A stretch of DNA of 64,000 nt from Raja brachyura (lineage: Eukaryota). Positions 36,142 through 46,928 of the stretch are shown here, one piece after another. Position 1 is the stretch's first letter, and the number at the start of each line of letters is the position of its first letter. Under the pieces are notes generated by a model that did no database searches, had not been told where the DNA came from, and worked only from the letters and a program-made list of their open reading frames with translations. The stretch lies in contig OY740792.1 in the NCBI GenBank assembly GCA_963514005.1, positions 15,562,001 through 15,626,000 on the forward strand, in the 5' to 3' direction. A program made the position numbers and the translations under genes.

Positions 36142-36644
36142 TTCCAGGATTAGGAAGGAGAGATAGATTAGCCATGATTGAATGGCGGAGTGGACTTGAT
36201 GGGCCGAATGGCCTAATTCTGCTTCTGTCACTTGTGACCTTATGATCTCGTCCTAATGCAGAGTAAAATAGGATTATCATTCATTACAAATTATTAACAA
36301 CAAGAAGCAGAGAGTGAAAAGCAATTTACAAAATATAGGGTTTGCATTATCTAATAACAGCCTGGAAAGAGATTTCTTCGGTCAAAATTACATTTGCATT
36401 TTTATCAAGAAAGGCCATTCCCTTCAAATATCTGATTCGATTTCTGCCACAGGCATCTTTAGAATCAGGCAATTGGAATCCAACAGAAACGACTATAAGA
36501 AAAAGAACTCTCACTTAGTTCATTGTTCATTGATGGTTGTTCATTGAACATTAATGAGGTGTACGGATATTAACTTTGTCTGTGATCTTAGTCACAGGGA
36601 AACTATTTGACAACTATTGCTGTAAAGAACTGAGTACATTAAAT

Positions 36645-36961
36645 TTGTTTGGAGATGCAGTTTGGAAACAGGCCCTTCGGCCCACCAAGTCCATGTCGAT
36701 CAACGATCACCCATTCACCCTGGTTCTATGTTATCCCACTTTCCCACCACTTCCTACACACTAGGGTAAATTTTATAGAGACCGACCTACAAATTTGCAC
36801 ATCTTTGGGATGTGGAAGGAAACCAGAGCACCTGCAGGACACCCACACAGTCACATGGCGAACTTGCAAACTCCACACAGACTGCACCCAAGATCAGGAT
36901 CGAACCCCAGTCTCTGGCGCTGTGAGGCAGCAGCTTTACCAGCTGCACCACCATGCCACCC
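36645..36961 (-). mobile_element. HE1-like tRNA-derived V-SINE, full length
   Basis: Minus-strand head ggtggcatggtggtgcagctggt (A box)...GGTTCGATCC (B box), V-domain-like core, CR1-like tail. Confidence 0.85.
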
Positions 36962-37062
36962 TAAGAAGGTCCTAAGGATGACTAGCAAACGTAGAGCATT
37001 CCTCAGATGGGGATAGAATCAGAAAAGGGGAATTTAATAGACAGAAAATAAACTGGTTTTAA

Positions 37063-37336
37063 AACAGGCCCTTCGGCCCATCGAGTCCATGCCGACCAGC
37101 GATCACCCATTCACTAACACAATTCTACAAAGAGGGACAATTTTTTTACAACTTACCAAACAAAGCCAATTAACCTACAAATCTATACATCTTTGGAGTG
37201 TTCGAGGAAACTGCAGAAAACCCACGCAGTCACAGGGAGAACATACAAACTACATACAGACAGTACATGGCGCCGACGAAGCCAGGTCTCCGGCGCTGTA
37301 AGGCAGCAACTCTAACGTTGCGCCACTGTGTCACCC
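37063..37336 (-). mobile_element. HE1-like V-SINE
   Basis: Homologous to the preceding SINE; head gggtgacacagtggcgcaacgttagagttgctgcc. Confidence 0.8.
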
Positions 37337-37818
37337 CTTAAGCTTGAAATCGCTTCACAGAAAGCAAATGGAGAAACTAGTTACCATTACACTGGAGTTA
37401 AAAAAAACTAACTGCAGGAGGAACTCAGTGGATCAAGCAGCATCTTTGGAGGGAAATGAACAGAAGACGTTTTGGATCAAGGCCCTTCCAAACTCTGGAA
37501 TTTCCAGCATCTGCAGTCCCTGGTGTCTACATCAAGTAAGTAACCTGGGATTCATCTTACACACAAGGACCTCAATGCGATGGTGTTGGATCAGTGACCT
37601 GCTCGTGAAAGAATTCCTGCCGTTCTTCCAACTGTGGCATGGAGAGCATTTCTGATGATCTGCACTGTGATATTCTCTCTTCACTGGAATATATTGCCCA
37701 GAGTTGGGATGAACCCCCAGCCTCCACAATATTTCCAATCTTTCATTTCTGAAAGAGGACAGTCATTAATCTATTTTTCGATTGAGTCAGACCTAGCCGA
37801 TGACCATATCCCACATAC

Positions 37819-37929
37819 CTGTTCCTGTGTCCTGAGTATCATTGACATTGCCTCCACATCGTACGGATTCTTAACAAGGCGTTTCTGTGCTGTTGACCTC
37901 TCAGTCATTGTTGCAGAGATATCCACGGC
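37819..37929 (-). CDS. SON: SON exon 7 (111 nt)
   Basis: ttctag|GCC...CAG|gtatgt. AVDISATMTERSTAQKRLVKNPYDVEAMSMILRTQEQ. Confidence 0.94.
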
Positions 37930-38618
37930 CTAGAACACAAGAAGCTAACATTGCCATATGGAGAGATATAACTGCAGATTTTTTTTCTTCTCTCTGCAAT
38001 TTTAGGCTGGGTTTCCTGAACCCTTGGCTCATGTTGAGAGTTCACATTCTGTGATTTGATGATGGCACCAGAGTGTATAATTACAAGAAATTGACTTTTA
38101 GTCATCCCAGGAAATCCCAAGTTGGACACAAAGTGCTGGATGGTATAGCTCAGCGGGTCAGGCAGTATCGCTCGAGAAAAAGGATGGATGGCTTTACGGG
38201 TCAGGACCCTTCTTTAGTGTGTTCAGAATGTACCATGTGTGGGGGACTTGAACATCTATCACTCAGAGTGGCTTGGTAGCATTGCTGTGGACTGAGCTGG
38301 CTGCGTTCTGAAGGACAGGGTCTGCAGCATGTAATGAATAAACCAATAGGTGGGATAAACTTACTTGACTTCACCCTCATCCACTCCATCTGTGGCAGCT
38401 GCATCTGTCTTTAACAGCATGATCACGACGGCCATCTCACGAGCTCTTTAGGTTACAAAGCCTCATCTTCATATGGTGGACACCCTACACAGTGTTGAGT
38501 GGTCCTACTAAGCACTAAATGGGACTCAGGACCTATCTGACAGTTGAGAAAGTATATTAGTGAGACTCTCTGGACTATTAATAACAGCAGAAATACATAC
38601 CGGCATAATATTTAGCTT

Positions 38619-38744
38619 GTGTAGGAAAGAACTGCAGATGCTGGTTTTAAATGACAATAGGCACAATATGCTGGCGTAACGCAGCAGGACAGACAGTATC
38701 TCGCCTGCCCCGCTGAGTTACTCCAGCATTTTGTGTCTCTCACC
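38619..38744. mobile_element. Fold-back Penelope terminal-repeat mini-element, hammerhead deleted
   Basis: gtaggaaagaactgcagatgctgg...cagc / gctgagttactccagcattttgtgtct. Flanked by tttagctt at 38611-38618 and 38745-38752. Confidence 0.75.
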
Positions 38745-38830
38745 TTTAGCTTTATGGCTGAGGATATTCCTCACTCTATTATTACTACAGAATCAGTGGA
38801 TCAATCCTCTTCAATGACCAATCCTCTTCC

Positions 38831-39445
38831 TTCTGCAGTTGTACAGAGCCCTAGTGAGACCACACCTGGAGTATTGTGTGCAGTTTTGATCCCCAAATTT
38901 GAGGAAGGACATTCTTGCTATTGAGGGAGTGCAGCGTAGGTTTACAAGGTTAATTCCCGCGATGGTGGGACTGTCATATGCAGAGAGAATGGAGCAGCTG
39001 GGCTTGTACACTCTGGAGTTTAGAAGGATGCGAGGGAATCTCATTGAAACATATAAAATTGTTAATTTTGGACACGCTAGTGGCAGGAAACATGTTCCCG
39101 ATGTTGGGGGAGTCCAGAACCAGGGGCCACAGTTGAAGAATAAGGAGTAAGCCATTTACAACGGAGACGAGGAAACACTTTTTCTCACAGAGAGTGCTGA
39201 GACTGTGGAATTCTCTGCAGTTGAGGCAGGTTCTCTGGATGCTTTGAAGAGAGGATGATGGAGGCAGGTTCTCTGGATGCTTTCAAGAGAGTGCTAGATA
39301 GGGTGCTTAAAAATAGCAAAGTCAGGGGATATGGGGAGAAGGCAGGAACGGGGTACTGATTGGGGATGATCAGCCATGGTCACATTGAATGGCAATGCTG
39401 GCTTGAAGGGCCGAATGGCCTACTCCTGCACCTAATGTCTATTGA
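38831..39445 (+). mobile_element. CR1 LINE 3' fragment
   Basis: LQLYRALVRPHLEYCVQF...RKDILAIEGVQRRFTRLIP...; tail gggccgaatggcctactcctgcacc. Confidence 0.92.
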
Positions 39446-40074
39446 GAAGTGCAAGAAGATCTTCCTTGGGGTTAGCACCAAGCATACCTAAACACTATGA
39501 GCTAACAGCCCACTGAAGCAACACAGGACTACTTCTGTAATAAAACGCAAACACAGCAAACAATGGACGGAGCAAAGCAATCTAACAACCATCAGATCAG
39601 TTGGAAGCCTTGCAGCCCGTCATATCCCTGTATGGCTGGTGGTGGCAAAGTAAACAGGAGGAACAGACTCCAAGAACATCCCCATCCTCAACTACGGCAG
39701 GGCCCAGCACGTGAAAGCTAAATAAAAGGTTGAAGCATTCACCACCAGGTTCAGCCTGAAGTGCCAAACAGATGACCAAGTCTGTCTCCCTCCTGAGATT
39801 CCCACCATCACAGAAGTCAGTCTCCAGCCAATTTGATTTCATCTTCGTGACAGCAAGAAAACGGTTGACATCACTGCACACAAAAAAGGCTATGTTCAGA
39901 CAAAATCCCAGTGGTAGTAATCTGCAGTATCTTTTTTAATAAAATAAAATTTCAACCAGCTCGTTGGGCTGGGTCTGTTGGATAACGTTTTACGGTGACT
40001 TGCGAACCATAAAAAACAAATGAAGAATGCAAACTCGGCAACGCACTATAAATATTCAATGGCACAATTCTCAC

Positions 40075-40251
40075 CTGAGTACAGACATCTGGAAAGACAT
40101 CATCAGTGGTTTCTTTACTAGTTTTTTCCACAGGAACCCATTGTCCATAAACATTCAGCACCTCCTTCTTCCTGTGCTGTGAACCAGAGGAAACTGGAAA
40201 CTCCTTAGTCAAAGCCACCTGGGTTTTTGCAGCTGGTTTCACTGTGGCATT
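40075..40251 (-). CDS. SON: SON exon 6 (177 nt)
   Basis: taccag|AAT...CAG|gtgaga. NATVKPAAKTQVALTKEFPVSSGSQHRKKEVLNVYGQWVPVEK (signature LTKEFPVSSGSQHRKKE). Confidence 0.97.
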
Positions 40252-43200
40252 CTGGTAATAAAGGGACAGTCAGCACTCACTTAAACATTACTGCTAATAA
40301 TCTTCTTCTAAACAGAGGTACTTTGCTGTAGATCGTGACGGTATCTCCATTTTAGCAGGATTGAACAGCTAAATGTAACCCTACCTTGCAGGACAACTAT
40401 CAGGGAATTAAACTGTGATGCCAAATTGTGATATTCTCATATTACCATCCTCCAAGGATTAAGAAATACTGCAATGGACAGATAGATGTTCATGTGAAAG
40501 TGTGTTATAATTAAAATGTGTTTAGTTTTATATAAAACAAACCCAAAAAATTGTAATATTCAGTCAGATTTAATATTTACCTTCTACCATAACTGGTAAA
40601 TATTAATTTGTTTTCTCCCTATCTTATAATTAACAGTATGTTTTGTTTCCTTTTCCGTTTCCAGCATCTGCAGTATTTTTCTTTCTAGTATAATTAGGGT
40701 GTAGCAGAAGTGCTTCATCGTTTCTTTCGGTAGAATAACCAACACAGTTAACTTTCAAATACAGATCAAAGCCTAACATCAAATTCTGTTTTGATAACCA
40801 CAAAAATAGATGCACCCTGTTGCTAAAATTGATTAATATTAAAGTAATGGAGTCACTGAGTTGTACAGCACAGAAACAGACCCTTTAGCCCACTGCATCT
40901 ATGCCGATCACCATGCCTATCTATACTGATCCCATTTGCCTGCATTAATCCCATTTCCCTCTATGCCCTGTCCAGATGCCTCTTAAATGTTATTGATCCT
41001 GCACCACCTCCTCTGGCAGCTCATTCCAGATACCAACGACTCTGTGTGGAATATTTATCCCTCAGAACCCCTTTAAAACTCCTCCCTCACCTTAAACGTA
41101 TGCCCTTGAAAAATAAACTCTGGCCAGCTATCCTCTATACCCTATTTATATTTTACAGCTTAGCAATAAAAAATGTCAGTGAATAAATCCTCATCTGTTC
41201 GTCAGAATTGAAAAAATAGTTGTTATAGTAAGCATAACATGTTAGCTTTTTAGAATTATCTAGTTTACAATTTTGAACTTCCAGTATGCATAGAACAGGG
41301 ACATATAAACCTCTGGTCTTAGTTACAAAAAAATTGGATTGTCACCTATCATAGATAAAAAATTATAAAGGACCAAATGCAAAGAAAATATAAATCTGCT
41401 TTTAGCCAAGCTAAATGAGATCTATTCTGTGACCAAACTTTGCATTTGCTTTGCTTCACAGGCGCCAGGTTCCTTTTCAAATACAGCGAGTGGCATGAAG
41501 TTCCTCTTCTTGCATTGTAATTACAGGCTAAACTCACGGCCAGAAGCTGTCAAGTCATTTCAAGTCATTTTAATGGCATGCTGTTTTAATTATTGTCTGT
41601 CAATCCTAGTAAACTAGGAGTAAACTATCTATTACAAATTGTAGACAATTTTCTTAAAAATTTGAAGTTTTTTAGTAATGTTTATAACATATATTTTTCT
41701 TACTGTTGTTTGTTCACTCTTAATCCAGTCTATTTGTCCCTTATTTTAGTTTGCTTTCTGTACATGTTTTGAAATTGAATCAACTAAACTATTTTGCTTT
41801 TTCTTTCTTCAGGCTCTTGTCGCTCATTAACATTTCTTCTCTTTTCTTGGTAGTGGAGACTCTACAGCATAGAGTGCCAGTAAAAGAACATGGCTTTGGA
41901 ATTGCACAGTACACAGAAATGCAGCCTGATGTCGGTGGGGATAGCAAAATGGAGGGATGCAAAAGAGATAGGGAAAGAAGGTGGAAATGTTTAGGTCCCG
42001 TAGTAAGCAAACAGGATTTGAGGCTAGGGTAGAATGTTTGGAACGGGACTAAGACTAATTGGTGGGAGGAGGTAGTACCATAGGGAGAGGATGAAGAAAT
42101 CAAAAGTAAAAGGTGGATATAAAGCATAGTTGAAGCCGCACAGTGAAAACACATTAACATGAAACACATGCCCCATGAAGGACATTCCTGGAAATAAGTG
42201 GACATATTTTTCCCACAACAGTTTAAAAGGAGTATCGTATAGTGATATATGAACATATTCAATGTTAATCTGATGCTGAAATTGTATCAAATTTGCAGAC
42301 ACCACGCATTGCTCAGTCAAATTGCAGTGCAAAAAAGGATCTTCACACATTTCACTCTGGGGAAATAAATGGAGCCACATTCACATTTCTAGGCTGTTAG
42401 CACCTGACTCCCTCTGCAGTTCTTGGTTGTCCTGTAGAGGGAGCTGCATAGCGTCCATCTTCTACTAACTATAATCTGCTGTGCATTAACTCATGGAAAT
42501 AGAACAGCCAAGGACATGTCCCACAGAGGGCATCTGCAATAAATGCTGGTCCATTGGTAAAACACTTTTGATGAAGATTTCATAGAGCCACGAGGAGAAG
42601 GCAGCAGAATGGGGTTAGGAGGGTGATAGATCAGCCATGATTGAATGACGGAGTAGATTTGATGGGCCGAATGGCATAATTCTACTCCTATCACTTATGA
42701 CCTTAAGTAAGAATTGAGGATGTAAGCAATGTTGCCTCTCAAGCTTTTCCACTGTTCAATAAAATTATGACTAATCTTTTACTTTATAATCCCAAATTAA
42801 ATGTAATCAATGTTTGCTATGCCCATTGTGTAGTTTCTTAATTTGTATGGATAATGAGATTGCTGATCAATTACTGTAAAAACAAACCATTCCATCCCCA
42901 TTCATTCCCACTCCTCTCCGTACATTCCTTTTAAGAGTGGCCATTATGATTTACAATGGCACCATGGAATATGGTCACAAAAACACCCTCAATGCCCTTT
43001 AAACTATGTTAACCAATGATTGGGGACAAATATTCAGAACCAGAGGGTGTTTGATTACAGGGTTTATTCTTTGCCTTCAAATAGACAACTGATCAATGCT
43101 GCAGATTAAAAATCGTATTTGTTCTCATTTCTCACCTATTCCGGATACTATCACGTCACTCTCTTCTGAAAAAGAGCAATTTCTCTTTCTATAGACCATT

Positions 43201-43260
43201 TAATGTGGCAGAGTGTCTCAAGGCATTTCATATGTGTTAGGAGATAAGTCAAAAGTGGGA

Positions 43261-43421
43261 GGTAAACACAAAATGCTATAGTAACTCAGTGGTTCAGGCA
43301 GCATCCCTGGAGAACATGGATGGACGAAGTTTCGGGTTGGAACCCTTCTAAAGACTCGAGTTACCTGCATTTTGTGTCTACCTTTGGTACAAACCAGCCT
43401 CTGCAGTTCCTTGGTATCTCC
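43261..43421. mobile_element. Fold-back Penelope terminal-repeat mini-element with degenerate hammerhead
   Basis: Head-to-head halves. Direct repeat aaagtg(g/t)gaggta at 43252-43264 and 43422-43434, partly overlapping the element end. Confidence 0.75.
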
Positions 43422-46124
43422 AAAGTGTGAGGTATTGAGAAGAAAGCAAGTTAGTTGACTAGGAATTAGGGAACAAATTCCAGAAGTAGGGACCTTCTCA
43501 GCTAAAGATAGTCTTAACAAAAACTGACCAATTTCAAGGATGAACACGTTAGCATATTTGGAGTGCAGATGTACAGGGCAGTTGTAGATCTGGAATAGAT
43601 TACAGCAATAGGGAGGACTAAGAACAGAGGGATTTGAAAGAACCTTTGATAGACAAAATCATGCCTTGGCTTAATCATGAGACAATGTGAGTTTTACAGG
43701 GTTAGGTGAGCAGGATGTGCAAAATGAAGAAAATAAATTTGGATGAAATGCATGGTGGGTAGAATAAGGGAGACCATGCAGAAATGCAATTAAGTCCAAA
43801 GGTAACAATGGGTTTCTGCAACAGATAAACAAAGGCATTAAACATGGAACTAGGACATGCCTTAGTGATGCTGCAGGTTGTGCTCTAAAGTCTATACAGA
43901 GGTCAAATATGGCAAGTGGCTATAATTTGGTCCAGTTACACAGTTTCCAAGGAGGTTTACTGAGCTAGGAGTTAATAAATTAAGTAGGTGGCAGGATCCG
44001 ATGCAATAAAAATTGATCAAAAAGATTTGGAGTAAATTGGGAGAGCACGGAGAAAGGGAGAAAGCAAGGAGACTAAAACCATGAAACACAAAAAACCATG
44101 GCTAAACATCAAATATATAGACTATGAATTTCATTATTTTATATTAGTTGTAATTTAATTTGAAGATAAGTTTGTGAATATTATTTAAAACATTTAAAGG
44201 CAAGAGCATCCTGTTTTGTCAAATGGAAACCAACAAAAATACTCCTGTGTACTGAACCACATATTTCAAGTCCTGGTTATATGCCAGAGGTCAGATTAAA
44301 ACAGAAACATTGCAGATTCAAAGGAAATTACAGAAATAGCAATGGGCAAGACATCTGATAGCAATAGATATGGATGTCATGGATGAGTTAAGGCAAGGAA
44401 TTAAATAATCATATTGAAGTAAAAGGAAGCACTCTGAGATGCAGTTGATTGAGATTAACAAAGAGAGAACTTGCATTTAAACAGTGCCTTTAATGATCAT
44501 TTTACATCTCATAAATGTTCATATTGAAGTGTAATGACCGGTAGCTTACGTAAATCAAGCAGCTAATTACTACATGTGTTTAACAGCATCGAACGAACAG
44601 CAAATTACAAAAATGAACTGGTTAATCTCTTTGATTGTGATGGATGATGGATAAATTTTAACCAGGAACCGGGGGATATTCCCCGCTTTTCTTCATAGTA
44701 CCATGGAATCATTTTCCTCCATCAGAACACATTGACTCATGGTTTCATGTTTTATTCAAAAGATTCACCTCCAATAACGTAGCAAACTCAGCTGTGCTGC
44801 AACACCACCTCAGATTACCGGCACAAATGCAGGAACAGGGCTTGAATCCAAAGTTTTTTAAGAAATTCACATCACCATAAATGGATATAAATTGCAGACA
44901 TGACAGGGTGGAATTGAGGGTGAAAACTAAAACGATATTGCAGATGATGACCTGGTGTGGACAAAGTAGTACATTTAATCTGCATCCGAGAGTTTGCATC
45001 ACGTGTTGATACCATTTTGCTGGGTTTCAACTTGTTACAATAATCAAAGTGTGGCTGACTTGTTAACTGCGGTTTAAACACCACCTCCATTCATTCCTAT
45101 TCTACTATTGTACCAATGCAAGTAAACCTTATATTGACTGCTGAAGCAGAGCAATAATAGTATTCATTGCTGACTGATACAAGTTGAAAAATATGCTGAA
45201 TCAATTAGTCCTTAACCATTCCAATAATTTGAATCTCTAAATTGTTCAAAGATACATTTATACCCATTTACAATAACATTCAACTGTCCTTTCACTTTTT
45301 TTTAAAAAGCCATTTCAGTCTGTACTACTTCCTTCCATCATCTCTCCCTGTTGGGTAACATTTGCAAAATTTGCTTTAAAAAAAAATCAAATTCATTGAT
45401 ACAAATTAGGAAAAAGTATCCACACATCTTTCCTCCAAACCCAAAGAAAATATCTAATTTTCACCTGCCCACCAATATTATTTGCTTACAGTCAATACGG
45501 ATAACTTATAAATAATTCCAGTTAGTTCTCTGCAGCCAGGAGACAGTTGTTGTATATACCTCGGACAATGTAATTAACAACAGAAATTAGTGGAAACAGG
45601 AAAAGCTAGGAAATGCTATTTAACCTGCCCAATACAAGTGCAGAGAGAAATAAGTTAATGTTTCAGCTCTTACGAAAGGTAACTTGAAACAACTTTGCTT
45701 TTCTCTGCATGGGCTATTTCACCTGCCGAACATTTGCAGTAAGTTGCTTATACTTCAGATTTCTGCATTATTCAACATGTGTATTAAGTGTTTGCTAATG
45801 TTTAATTTTATTGCAATATCCATTACATGAAGTGAATTTCTTTTGCAGATTATTATCAATATTTAAATATACCAAAAGTAATGCAAATATATATTTTCAA
45901 TGAAATAATAGATCAAATGTGAAATACAATAAATTGGCACATTTACAATAACTGAAAATTTGTGCAGGGTCTATGTAACACATTGGCAAAAGTGCAATCA
46001 ACTAATTTTTTCAACATACGGTTAAATTATTGTTGAAAAGTATATTTGACGGGTTAGTGCACTAAATATATTTGTAGCACTTTTAAAACTTTTAATTCAG
46101 GTCATGCTTCATTCATAGTTTGCA

Positions 46125-46928
46125 TTAGCTCACTCAACATCAACAAGACCAAGGAACTAATTGTGACTTCGGAAAGGGGAAGCTGGGAGACCATGCACCA
46201 GTTTTCATCAGCGGGTTGCTGGTAGAGTTAGCTGCTTTGGTTGCCTGGTTATTAATATTGCCAATGACCTGTCCTGGGCCCGGCACATGTGTGATCATGA
46301 ACGAGATGCACCAGCGCCTCTACTTAGAAGTTTAAAGAGATTTGGCGTGTCTCCAAATGCTCTAACAAACCTCCACAGATGCACTGTAGAAATATCCTGA
46401 CAAGTTGCACATCGGCTTCATATGGCAATTTCAATGCACTGAAACTCCAAAGGCTGCAGAGACTGGTATACTGAACTTGGTGCATCACAGGCACAACCCT
46501 CCCCTCCATGAAAAGCACCTCAAGATAGCATCTATTGTCAAGACTCCCAACATCTGGGCCATGTCCTCTTCACAGAGATACCAACAGGCAAGAGGGTCAA
46601 AAGCCCAAAGTTGTACAGCAGTACACCAGGTTCAGGAACAGCTACTTTCCTACAGATATCGGGTTCTTGAACCAACTCGCACAACCTTACAACAACCTCA
46701 AAAACAGAGCACTACAGAATATCTCATGCGCTTTAATGGACTTAGGTTTTTTTCTGATTATGTTGTGCACTCTTCTCCCCACCCCCATCTTCTTTCTTTT
46801 AGAATGGTGTGATTTATGTACAATTTGTTTGTGTTTGCCAATGTGCCTTTGATGATGCTGCAAGCATGATTTTCACTGTACCTGTACCTCACCGTACTTG
46901 TGCACACGACAATAAACTCTACTTGACC
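46125..46928 (+). mobile_element. Degenerate Rex1/Babar-like LINE 3' fragment
   Basis: LNINKTKELIV-like and TRFRNSYFP motifs. Tail gctgcaagcatgattttcactgtacc...aataaactc is also present at about 26500-26593. Confidence 0.7.

Noticed and set aside
36895-36961. tRNA gene (A and B boxes)
   Set aside because: It is the tRNA-derived head of a SINE, continuous with SINE body and tail; no full cloverleaf is evident.
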